Below are positions 50,311 to 58,902 of a stretch of DNA of 64,000 nucleotides, piece by piece; the stretch's first letter is position 1, and the number at the start of each line of letters is the position of its first letter. The translations under genes were made by a program, and so were the position numbers. A model generated the notes under the pieces. The model was not told where the DNA came from. It made no database searches and worked only from the letters and a program-made list of their open reading frames with translations. The stretch is from Longimicrobiales bacterium (GTDB taxonomy: Bacteria > Gemmatimonadota > Gemmatimonadetes > Longimicrobiales > Gaopeijiaceae): the NCBI GenBank assembly GCA_965249725.1, contig CBDFMQ010000002.1, positions 1,088,001 to 1,152,000 of the forward strand. Direction: 5' to 3'.

Positions 50311-53300
50311 TCAACCCTCGGTCGCTTCACCGTCCACGTCGGCGGAAGTCATCGGGAAGAGAGTATTCAGGGAGTCCAGCAGTCGCTCGCTGAAGCCCTC
50401 ACCCTTCAGTACGACCCCCGAGACCTTGTCGGACAGTAGAGTCGTCTCGGCGTCGGACAGGTTCTTACCGGTGATGACGATTACCGGAAGACCGACATGG
50501 TACGGGTTCTCGCGAAGTCGATCGAGAAAGGTCAGCCCGTGCATACCCGGCATCGCAAGATCCAGGAGGATGGCGCCGGGTGTCTCCCGCGCCACCTCAT
50601 CCAGGGCCTCCTGTCCGGAGGAGACGCAGACCACATCCAGACCCTCCGCCTCCAACCTCGTTGTCACGAGTCTGTGCACCTCGGGATCGTCGTCGACGAC
50701 CAGGACGCGGTGCTCTCCACGATTCACGAGGTTGCGCCACAAGACACGCAGGAGGTGGGTGCGGTCGATGATCGGCTTGTTGAGCAGGTCGACCGCACCC
50801 AGCAGGCGGCCCCGGCCCTCACTGGCGATGATGCTCGCCACTACGACCGGAATGTCCTTCACGTCGGGGTCGTCTTTGAGACGACGAAGCACTTCCCAAC
50901 CATCCATCTCCGGCATCTGCAGGTCGAGCGTAATCAGGTCGGGCTGATGCTCCTTCGCCAACTCCAATCCCAGTGCACCTGAGGCGGCTTCCAAAACCTC
51001 ACAACCGAATTCGCTCAGGTAGTGCTGCATCAACACACGCGAGTCGGTCTCGTCGTCGATCACCAAGACCTTGAAGTGCTGGATCTGCGGATGCGGGAGT
51101 GCCTCTTCGTCCAGGGGCTCTTCGACCTCATCCCTCTGCACACCTTGGGAGTCCTGCTCGGCGGGCTCTTCCACTGCCGGGTCGACGCTCTCCGGAGCGG
51201 CCTCAGGCGTCGGCTGCTCGACGCCTTCTGGCAGACCCGAGAAGTCGATGGTGAAGGTGGTGCCCTTCCCCACTTCACTTTCGACCGTCAGGTCGTACCC
51301 CATGAGCAGGCACATGGAACGGGAGATGGTCAAGCCTAGGCCCGTGCCACCGAACTTACGCGCGGTGCTCCCTTCAGCCTGCTGGAACGCCTCGAAGATC
51401 GCGCCCAGGCGCTCGGGCGGAATCCCTATTCCGCTGTCCTGAACCTGAATGCTGCCCGGTTCCGTCGTGCCCTCGCGGAGCGTTACCCGCAGGACGATCT
51501 CGCCGCTCTCAGTGAACTTGAGGGCGTTCCCCATGAGGTTGACGATGACCTGCTTGAGTTTGGCAGAATCCGCGTCGAACTCGTCGATCTCCTCGGGCGC
51601 GTCGACTCTCACTTCGACCGCGCCCTGCTTCTGTCTGATCTGCCCGTCGACCAACGCAACCGCCTCCTGGGCCAACGTGGCCAGTGAGACGGTGCGCAAC
51701 TCCAGCTCCATCCGGCCGGACTCGATCTTCGCCAGGTCGAGAATCTCATTGATCAGCACCAGCAGGTGCTTGCCGTTGACCTGAATCCTCTCCAGAAAAC
51801 CCAGGTCGGACTTTCCGAGGTTCTGCTTCTTGTTCTTGAGGAGAATGTTGGCAAAGCCGATAACCGAGTTGAGCGGAGTACGAAGCTCATGGCTCATGTT
51901 CGCCAGGAACTGACTCTTCGCACGATTGGCGGCCTCGGCTTCTTCTTTGGCCGTTACGAGGTCCTCTTCAGCGCGTCTTCGCCGGGTGATGTCCTTACTG
52001 AATACCACGACGCCCGACGAGCCTTCCTGGTCCTGAATCGGGCTGAAAAAGAGCTCGAAGTGACGAAGATCGTCGTCCATTTCGTCGGTTCTCACTCTGG
52101 ACATCCGCTTGCCCCGGAACACGAGCCCGTATGCTTCCCCGTACCACTCCGCCTGGGGGACCGAATAGAGATCTTCCGGGGCATCTCCGACCTTTGGCTC
52201 GAGCCCCGTACGGGCTTCTACCTCCAGGGCGAAGGCAGAATTGAAGGTGATCAGCCGGTGTTCACTATCGACGGACCAGATGGCGTCTCCGGTATTCTCG
52301 ACCAACGCGTTCAGATTCGCCTGTGACATGGCCAAGTCCCGCTCCGCCATCATCGTCTCTGTCACGTCGCGGATGATGGACCGGACCGTCACCACCTCTC
52401 CGTTGTCCCGGCTCGCCGTCGCACTGATCGAGCAGATCACCGGGTCTCCGGCAATCGTGCGGAACTCGGAGATATGCCGCTCGACGGGCCGTCCGTCTCG
52501 CAACGACTGGAAGACCTCGGCCAAGCCCTCGGGGTCGATCGGATCGAGAACGTCGAAGACGCTCTTTCCCTCGACCTCGCGGTCCTTATAGCCGAACGTG
52601 GACTGCCATGCCTGGTTGACGTAGACGAGGTTGCCGTCCCCATCGGTCATCTGAATCAGGTCGTTGGCGTTGTCGAGGAAGTCCCTCAACCGGGATTCGG
52701 CCTCGGTCCTGTCGCTCACTTCCCGAGCCATGGCAAGGTTGGTGTCCCGTACGGTGCGAAGGGCGTCGGCCTCGGAACGGAACGTGACGAACACGCTCAC
52801 CATGAGGCCTACGAGCACGCACACGTTCGCACTGATCTTCAGCAGGTGGGCCGCATCCGCCATGCCGTCGAATTCACTCGTGGCCTGTGACATGTACATG
52901 GCGTGCACGAACACGCTGATCATCAAGGAGATCAGCAGCCAGTGCTCGAAGGGTTCGGTCCGCCACTGGCCCCTTCGAAGGTATCCGGCCCATGCGGCGA
53001 AGAAGAAAACGGCCGGAACGAACTCCGCCGGTCGCACCACCAGGAAGTCCGAGTAGTAGGCTCGAGTGGCGGGGATGAAGAGGACTCCACCCAACTCCTC
53101 CGGTAAACCGAGAGCCGAGAAGAAGATGAAGACCGCCACGGTCAGGGCGGCGGCGGTGCCATAGACCCACTTCTCACTCAGACGATCCTCCTGGAAGCCC
53201 TCTTCCTTGGACCACAGGAAGACGGTCGCGAAGAGAAAGAGGGAGAGGAACAGCCGTGAGGCAGTCCAAGTCCAAGCGTCACTGTCGGCGGTCTGGAGGA

Positions 53301-53736
53301 GCGTTCCCCCGCCTCCCATGAGCACCGACGTCATGACCGCGTGGTACATGTTGAGAGCACCGGCTCCCAAAAATCCCGTACCGATGAACAGGAAGGTGTC
53401 CTGCTTCTTGCTGTAGTACCGCACCAACGAGAGGCTGCCGACCATGAAGGCCAGAGTGGTGCTTATGAACTCCCAAATGACATGCCGCTGCTCGTTATCG
53501 GCAAACGGGAACCGCCTGAAGAGGCTGGCTCCCATGAAGAGTACCGCGACGAGAATCCAATAGACGGTGGCCCGTTCCTGCGAACGGTCTTCCGAGGTGG
53601 CAAAGGACTGCAGGTATTCGGTCCCCGGGGACGGTTCTTCCTCCTCGGATTCCGGCACACTGGGATCGAGGCTCGCGAGGCGGACCTCCACATCCTCGCC
53701 CTCGGGTGTGTCCGGCGTCGGACCGGCTTCGCTCAC
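50311..53736 (-). CDS. Hybrid sensor histidine kinase (membrane sensor, 2 PAS, HisKA, HATPase, 2 receivers)
   Basis: Multiple TM helices; FLANMSHELRTPLN, NALKFT, DSGIGI, GGTGLGL; two REC domains. Confidence 0.95.
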   Translation of the reverse strand: MSEAGPTPDTPEGEDVEVRLASLDPSVPESEEEEPSPGTEYLQSFATSEDRSQERATVYWILVAVLFMGASLFRRFPFADNEQRHVIWEFISTTLAFMVGSLSLVRYYSKKQDTFLFIGTGFLGAGALNMYHAVMTSVLMGGGGTLLQTADSDAWTWTASRLFLSLFLFATVFLWSKEEGFQEDRLSEKWVYGTAAALTVAVFIFFSALGLPEELGGVLFIPATRAYYSDFLVVRPAEFVPAVFFFAAWAGYLRRGQWRTEPFEHWLLISLMISVFVHAMYMSQATSEFDGMADAAHLLKISANVCVLVGLMVSVFVTFRSEADALRTVRDTNLAMAREVSDRTEAESRLRDFLDNANDLIQMTDGDGNLVYVNQAWQSTFGYKDREVEGKSVFDVLDPIDPEGLAEVFQSLRDGRPVERHISEFRTIAGDPVICSISATASRDNGEVVTVRSIIRDVTETMMAERDLAMSQANLNALVENTGDAIWSVDSEHRLITFNSAFALEVEARTGLEPKVGDAPEDLYSVPQAEWYGEAYGLVFRGKRMSRVRTDEMDDDLRHFELFFSPIQDQEGSSGVVVFSKDITRRRRAEEDLVTAKEEAEAANRAKSQFLANMSHELRTPLNSVIGFANILLKNKKQNLGKSDLGFLERIQVNGKHLLVLINEILDLAKIESGRMELELRTVSLATLAQEAVALVDGQIRQKQGAVEVRVDAPEEIDEFDADSAKLKQVIVNLMGNALKFTESGEIVLRVTLREGTTEPGSIQVQDSGIGIPPERLGAIFEAFQQAEGSTARKFGGTGLGLTISRSMCLLMGYDLTVESEVGKGTTFTIDFSGLPEGVEQPTPEAAPESVDPAVEEPAEQDSQGVQRDEVEEPLDEEALPHPQIQHFKVLVIDDETDSRVLMQHYLSEFGCEVLEAASGALGLELAKEHQPDLITLDLQMPEMDGWEVLRRLKDDPDVKDIPVVVASIIASEGRGRLLGAVDLLNKPIIDRTHLLRVLWRNLVNRGEHRVLVVDDDPEVHRLVTTRLEAEGLDVVCVSSGQEALDEVARETPGAILLDLAMPGMHGLTFLDRLRENPYHVGLPVIVITGKNLSDAETTLLSDKVSGVVLKGEGFSERLLDSLNTLFPMTSADVDGEATEG

Positions 53737-54107
53737 GGCGTTCCGGTGAGCAGGCGCTCGATCGCCCCCATGAGCAGATCCTCATCGATGATCGGCTTGG
53801 TCAGGTAGTCGTTGAACCCCATGTCCAGGTACTTCTCCCGATCACCCGACATCGCGTGCGCCGTCAACGCGATTACCGGGAGTTCCAAGAACTCGTCCTG
53901 GGCGCGAATCCACTGCAGAACCTCGGTCCCGTCCATCCCCGGGAGGGAGATGTCCAGGAGCACAAGGTCCGGCACGTTGTCAGCAAGGCCCTCGACGGCT
54001 TCGATTCCCGTCTCGTACTCGGAGATGTCGTACTCGTCCTCGAGAATCGCCTCAACCAACATTCGGTTATCGGGATTGTCCTCTACGACCGCGATCTTGG
54101 GCTTCAT
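53733..54107 (-). CDS. Single-domain response regulator
   Basis: VEDN, LLDISLPGMDG, ALTAHAM, TKP. Confidence 0.95.
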   Translation of the reverse strand: MKPKIAVVEDNPDNRMLVEAILEDEYDISEYETGIEAVEGLADNVPDLVLLDISLPGMDGTEVLQWIRAQDEFLELPVIALTAHAMSGDREKYLDMGFNDYLTKPIIDEDLLMGAIERLLTGTP

Positions 54108-54468
54108 TCGGAGGTTCCTTCAACCATGGATTCGAGTTCTGTGTTGGCCTGGGAAAACGCCTCTTCCAGGCCGGGAAGCAGCTCACGAACGCGCTCGAGC
54201 TCTTTGTTCGAGGCCGCAATTTCAATCTCGTCGGCAATCCGTCTTACATGCTCTGCACCGATGTTCGCCGCACTGGACTTGAGCGAATGGGATCCGCGTT
54301 CTGGCTGATCCAGGTCGTCATTCTCGACCACGGTTCGAATCTGCTCCATGCGGTCGGGACCATTCTGGAGGAACAACCGGATCATCTCTTTGACGAGCTT
54401 GCCCCCCCCCACTCCTCGAGGCGGCTCAGGCTATCAGGATTGATAATCGTTGGGTCCATGGGTGTCAT
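54104..54468 (-). pseudogene. Hpt phosphotransfer protein, frameshifted at a G9 tract (54402-54410) as assembled
   Basis: HSLKSSA Hpt motif in the 3' frame; 5' frame MTPMDPTIINPDSLSRLEEWGG stops at 54382; G10 or G7 joins the two frames. Confidence 0.75.
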
Positions 54469-54556
54469 TTTCCAGTCTAGCCTTTAAGGCTCGGCAATTC
54501 CAGGATTTATCGCGGTGAGCCGAAACGGGGACTCGGGATCGAAGAAGTCGTGGTCG

Positions 54557-55234
54557 TTAGGACGGAGGAGTGCTTTCCGCCGACTTCCGAATGAGTTGGA
54601 TGGCTTCGGCAATCCCACCCGGATGTCGATAGATGGCCGACCCCGCCACCAAAACCGTGGCTCCGGCACCCGCTGCCACGGCAGCCGTATCGCGGTCCAC
54701 TCCCCCATCGACCTCCAACTCGGCGCCTTCCACCCCGTGCTCATCGAGCATGCGCCGAAGACGCCCAATCTTATCCGTGCTCGAGGGGATATAGGCCTGT
54801 CCACCGAACCCCGGATTGACCGACATGACGAGTGCGACGTCGACGTACGGAATGATCTCCTGAAGCGTGTCGAGGGGCGTGGCCGGATTGAGCGTCACGC
54901 CCGGGCGCACGTTGAGTTCCCGGATCTGCTCGACGGTACGATGCAAGTGTCTGCAGGCCTCTTGGTGCACGACCAGGTAGTCCGCCCCCGCGTCCGCGAA
55001 GGCCTCCAGATACCGCTCGGGGTGCTCGATCATCAGGTGTACGTCGACCGGTAGATCCGTGGCGGCCCGCACGGCCGCCGTGATCGCAGGACCGATCGTG
55101 ATGTTCGGAACGAAGTGACCATCCATGACATCGACGTGAATCCAGTCGGCTCCCGCTTCGGCCGCCTCAGCAACCTGTTCGGCCAGTCGACCGAAGTCCG
55201 ACGACAGGATCGACGGAGCGATCTTGATGCTCAT
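54557..55234 (-). CDS. rpe: Ribulose-phosphate 3-epimerase
   Basis: IAPSIL, HVDVMDGHFVPN, MSVNPGFGGQ, VDGG, VAGSA. Confidence 0.97.
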   Translation of the reverse strand: MSIKIAPSILSSDFGRLAEQVAEAAEAGADWIHVDVMDGHFVPNITIGPAITAAVRAATDLPVDVHLMIEHPERYLEAFADAGADYLVVHQEACRHLHRTVEQIRELNVRPGVTLNPATPLDTLQEIIPYVDVALVMSVNPGFGGQAYIPSSTDKIGRLRRMLDEHGVEGAELEVDGGVDRDTAAVAAGAGATVLVAGSAIYRHPGGIAEAIQLIRKSAESTPPS

Positions 55235-55938
55235 GACCCTCCCGCCTCGGCGTAGGAACGCCGCACGCCGTCCGGAGCGCCGACGATCACCTCCGTCGTC
55301 ATCCCCAGGAACAACCCGGATTCGACGATTCCGGCCCTCGAAGCCAACGCGGCGTCCAGGGACTGGGGATCCTCGATGCCGTCCGGGAAGTGACAGTCGA
55401 TGATGTAGTTCCCGTTGTCCGTGGTGAGGGGTTGCCCGTCGGGTCGTCTTCGAATGACCGGGCGAGCACCCTGGGACTCCAAGAACCGGTCGTGGACCTC
55501 CCAACCGAACTGGACCACCTCCACCGGCACGGGGGAGATCTGCCCCAGCCTCTCCACGACCTTCGCCTCGTCTACGATGATGGCGAGACGCGACGAGGCC
55601 TGGGCAACCATCTTCTCCCTCAAGAGGGCACTTCCCAGGCCCTTTATCAGGTTCAAGTCCGGGTCCACTTCGTCGGCACCGTCGACAGTCAAGTCCAGGA
55701 AGGGATGCTCGGCCAACGACGTCAGGGGAATTCCCAGTTCTCTGGCCTGCTGAGCCGTCCAGAGAGACGTCGGCACACCCAGCACGTTACGGAGGCCTCC
55801 CCGATTGATGCGTTCAGCCAGAAACAGTAGGAAGTGGGCCACGGTCGAACCGGTGCCCAATCCGATGCGCATGCCGGCCTCGACCAGTCCCGCCGCCTCG
55901 AGGCCGACGGCCCTTTTCAGGGTCTCGGCGTCCGTCAC
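55231..55938 (-). CDS. rpiA: Ribose-5-phosphate isomerase A
   Basis: GLGTGST, DGADE, IKG.G.ALLREK, TDNGNYIID. Confidence 0.96.
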   Translation of the reverse strand: MTDAETLKRAVGLEAAGLVEAGMRIGLGTGSTVAHFLLFLAERINRGGLRNVLGVPTSLWTAQQARELGIPLTSLAEHPFLDLTVDGADEVDPDLNLIKGLGSALLREKMVAQASSRLAIIVDEAKVVERLGQISPVPVEVVQFGWEVHDRFLESQGARPVIRRRPDGQPLTTDNGNYIIDCHFPDGIEDPQSLDAALASRAGIVESGLFLGMTTEVIVGAPDGVRRSYAEAGGS

Positions 55939-55972
55939 GCGATCACGCCGGGCGAATTGGTGCCGGGCTGCT

Positions 55973-56911
55973 TCAGGCCCCGAACTCCTTCATCATGGCA
56001 TGCACTCGCTCCGTCGTTGCCAAGGCCTCATCGTAGGGCCTCTGCCACATGTTGCGGCCGAAGATCAGTCCAGTGGCACCCGACTCCATGGCCGTGCGGG
56101 CTTTGTGCATCAGGTCTTCGTCGCCGAGCTTGCTACCACCCGAGAAGAGTACCATGACGCGGCCGGCCGACTCGACCACCCGCTTGGCACCTTCGCCGTA
56201 GTCATACTCGATCTCCGCATACTCCTTGGGCTGCTCCGGATCCTTCGGACCGTGCTTGGGAATATTGAGCTTGACGATGTCTGCCCCCAACTCCAAGGCG
56301 ACCCGGGCTGCGTAGTCCACCGCGTACAAGCTGTCCCGGCCGCCCTTCCCTTCGATGGCCGAACCGCGGGGATAGGACCACACCACCAGCGGCATGTTGT
56401 ACTTGTCACAGTCTTCACGAACCATCTGGAGCTGTTGAATGTCCTCGTCCTGCCGCGGGGACCCTACGTAGAGCGTGTACCCGACCGCGTCGGCACCGAG
56501 GGACACCGCATCCTCGACGCTGCCCGTCATGGTCGAGAGCGCATCACCGTCCGGCGGAATAGTGGTCTTACCGTTGATCTTGAGGAGGAGCGGAACCTCA
56601 CCGGCATACTTGGACATGTACTTTCGAGCGAGCCCGTAGTGGCATGCTACTGCGTTGTAATTCCCCTCGAGCGCGAGACGCCACTGGAAATCCGGATCCT
56701 GAGACGGAGGATTCGGGAAGAAGTCGATAGGTCCGTGCTCCAGGCCCTGGTCGATCGGAAGGCAGAGAAGCGTCCCGTTCTTGAGACCCCTGCCATATAG
56801 GAGACGGCGGAGACGGACGCGTTTACCGAGCGGCAGGTCGAGGTCGTCGAGAAGTGGGCGGCCTACCGTACCGGTCACCGGGGTCTCGGGAGCCGGGGTG
56901 GCAGTGGACAT
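55973..56911 (-). CDS. Class I (DhnA/FbaB-type) fructose-bisphosphate aldolase
   Basis: LPIDQGLEHGP, LGADAVGYTLYVGS, WSYPRG, ELGADIVK, SGG, GLIFGRN. Confidence 0.92.
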   Translation of the reverse strand: MSTATPAPETPVTGTVGRPLLDDLDLPLGKRVRLRRLLYGRGLKNGTLLCLPIDQGLEHGPIDFFPNPPSQDPDFQWRLALEGNYNAVACHYGLARKYMSKYAGEVPLLLKINGKTTIPPDGDALSTMTGSVEDAVSLGADAVGYTLYVGSPRQDEDIQQLQMVREDCDKYNMPLVVWSYPRGSAIEGKGGRDSLYAVDYAARVALELGADIVKLNIPKHGPKDPEQPKEYAEIEYDYGEGAKRVVESAGRVMVLFSGGSKLGDEDLMHKARTAMESGATGLIFGRNMWQRPYDEALATTERVHAMMKEFGA

Positions 56912-57005
56912 GGAGCATCCTCCAAAGAGACAATAAAATGAGATTCACAAGTCGGATTTCGTGGCGAAATCTATCGGTCCCCCGAGGTCGGGACCAGCCC
57001 GCTCC

Positions 57006-57034
57006 TTGACTCCGGTCGGGCACCGGAACACCCT
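57006..57034 (+). promoter_or_regulatory. Putative promoter TTGACT-17-CACCCT, 7 nt before the leader ATG
   Basis: Hexamers at 57006-57011 and 57029-57034. Confidence 0.45.
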
Positions 57035-57041
57035 ACGCCCC

Positions 57042-57110
57042 ATGAATCGTCAGCGCGCGCTACAGGCCTTCTATTTCTTTATTCGGTGCCCCACGGGAGC
57101 CGGCGACTGA
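57042..57110 (+). CDS. Attenuator leader peptide MNRQRALQAFYFFIRCPTGAGD (Phe/Tyr control codons)
   Basis: 22-codon ORF with TTC TAT TTC TTT run upstream of a terminator and a DAHP-synthase-like ORF. Confidence 0.8.
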   Translation: MNRQRALQAFYFFIRCPTGAGD

Positions 57111-57146
57111 AGCCCGTGCACTGAATACGGATCGCGCTCCGTCCCG

Positions 57147-57176
57147 AGGCTCCCGACTCAGTCGGGGGCCTTTTTT
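57147..57176 (+). terminator. Attenuator terminator
   Basis: AGGCTCCCGAC-TCA-GTCGGGGGCCT stem plus T6; 5' arm can alternatively pair with CGGGAGCC at 57094-57101. Confidence 0.85.
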
Positions 57177-57209
57177 GTTGGGTAACGGACAGCACACGAG
57201 AGACACCTC

Positions 57210-57410
57210 ATGATAATCATCACGCGACACGGCGTGACCGAAGACGAGCTCGACCACTTACGCGAGCGAGTGGAGGCCGCGGGTCTTCGCACCCATCTGA
57301 TCCGTGGCGAGGTCCGCACCGTGATCGGTTGCGTCGGAGATCACGAGGAGCTGGCACCCATAGTGACGGCGGTCGGGAAGACGCTTGGAGGCCTGCCGGC
57401 AACGGTCTAG
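57210..57410 (+). pseudogene. Internally deleted type I-beta DAHP synthase (regulatory N-terminus fused to a C-terminal-like helix), 66 aa
   Basis: MIIITRHGVT...GLRTHLIRGEVRTVIGCVGD resembles the ferredoxin/ACT-like N-domain; EELAPIVTAVGKTL resembles the enzyme C-terminus. Confidence 0.75.
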
Positions 57411-58822
57411 AGCGGCGGCATCTCGAGTTTGCGGGCTGCCAGCTCGATCTGAGCCTGCACGGCCGCGCGCGCCGTGCCCCCGGGGGCGCCTCGCGCTTCG
57501 ACCGACCGATCCCAGGAGAAGACGTCGAGCACGTCGGCTCCGAACGAATCATGTGCGGCCTGAAAGTCCTCGAGATCGAGATCGTCGACCGTCACACCCC
57601 GCTCTTCCGCGATGCGTACCACCGTCGCGATGACCTCGTGGGCCTTCCGGAAGGGTACCCCGGCCCGTACCAGGTAGTCGGCCAAATCGGTGGCGAGAAG
57701 CTGCGTATCCAACGCGGCCTCGATGCGATCGGGCTGGAACTCGGCGGAGGCTACCGCGCCCTGAACGGCCGGAAGCACCATCCTCAGGGTGTCGACCGAG
57801 TCGAACAGCGTCTCCTTGTCCTCCTGCAGATCGCGGTTGTACCCGGTGGGCAGTCCCTTCAAGACCGTGAGCAGCGATACGAGATTGCCAACCAGGCGGC
57901 CCGCTTTGCCTCGGACCAGCTCGGCCACGTCAGGGTTCCTCTTCTGGGGCATGAGGCTGGACCCGGTGCTGTATCCGTCCGAGAGTCGCACGAACCCGAA
58001 CTCCTTCGATCCGAACAGGACCAGATCCTCCGCCAATCGGGACAGATGGATCCCGACGCGAGCGGACGCAAACGAGAGTTCCGAGGCCCAATCCCGATCG
58101 CTCACGGCGTCGATGCTGTTCTCGGAGATGCGGCTGAACCCCAACTCCTCTCGGATGATCTCTCGGTCGATCGGGAACGGGCATCCCGCGATCGCCCCGG
58201 AGCCGAGGGGCAACACCCCCGCATGCTCCCCCGCAGCATCGATCAACTCCCGGTCACGCTCCAGCGGCCAAAAATGGGAGAGCGCCCAATGAGCCGCCCG
58301 CACCGGCTGGCCCTGCTGGAGGTGTGTGTAGCCCGGGATGATGATGTCCACCGAGTCCCGCGCCCAATCCAGCAACGAAGCCTGCACTCCGTGAAGGCTC
58401 GCGTGAAGGGCGGTGGCAGCCTCCATGCCCCAGAGCCTGAAATCGGTGGCGACCTGGTCGTTGCGTGATCGGCCGGTGTGGAGCTTGCCGGCCACGTCCC
58501 CGACCTCCTCGTGCAGGAGTCGCTCCACCAGCGAGTGGATGTCCTCGTCGTGCTCCGCAGAGTGGTCGGTGGCGTCGAGGCGCTCCGCGACCCGATCCAA
58601 TCCCTCGAGGAGCGTGTCTCCTTCCGACCCGGTGACGACTCCCGCCCGAACGAGGGCTCGAGCCCAGGCGCGGCTCCCCTCGATATCCTGCGGCCACAAC
58701 CGGATGTCCACATCGAGGCTGCGGTTCAGGGGGACCATCTCGGGGGACATGGACCCTTCGATCCGTCCGCTCCAAAGCGGTGCGTCCGGTGGTCCTTCGG
58801 GAGGTTTGGCGTCTGCGGTCAT
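57407..58822 (-). CDS. argH: Argininosuccinate lyase
   Basis: LWSGR, EDIH, LHTGRSRNDQ, GYTHLQ, STGSSLMPQKRNPD, YNRDLQEDK. Confidence 0.97.
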   Translation of the reverse strand: MTADAKPPEGPPDAPLWSGRIEGSMSPEMVPLNRSLDVDIRLWPQDIEGSRAWARALVRAGVVTGSEGDTLLEGLDRVAERLDATDHSAEHDEDIHSLVERLLHEEVGDVAGKLHTGRSRNDQVATDFRLWGMEAATALHASLHGVQASLLDWARDSVDIIIPGYTHLQQGQPVRAAHWALSHFWPLERDRELIDAAGEHAGVLPLGSGAIAGCPFPIDREIIREELGFSRISENSIDAVSDRDWASELSFASARVGIHLSRLAEDLVLFGSKEFGFVRLSDGYSTGSSLMPQKRNPDVAELVRGKAGRLVGNLVSLLTVLKGLPTGYNRDLQEDKETLFDSVDTLRMVLPAVQGAVASAEFQPDRIEAALDTQLLATDLADYLVRAGVPFRKAHEVIATVVRIAEERGVTVDDLDLEDFQAAHDSFGADVLDVFSWDRSVEARGAPGGTARAAVQAQIELAARKLEMPPL

Positions 58823-58845
58823 GAGGTCACCTTAGAGACACGAAA

Positions 58846-58872
58846 GGGCCGCGACAACGTGCGTCGCGGCCC
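58846..58872 (-). other. 10-bp GC stem-loop between argG and argH (weak terminator or mRNA stabiliser)
   Basis: GGGCCGCGAC/GTCGCGGCCC followed by TTTCG on the minus strand. Confidence 0.55.
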
Positions 58873-58902
58873 CCTGTCCGTAAGTCGCGGCGTCCCGTGG
58901 AA

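Noticed and set aside
56955..56971. Palindrome GATTTCG-TGG-CGAAATC upstream of the aldolase
   Set aside because: A single 7-bp inverted repeat with no assignable regulator; too weak to call.
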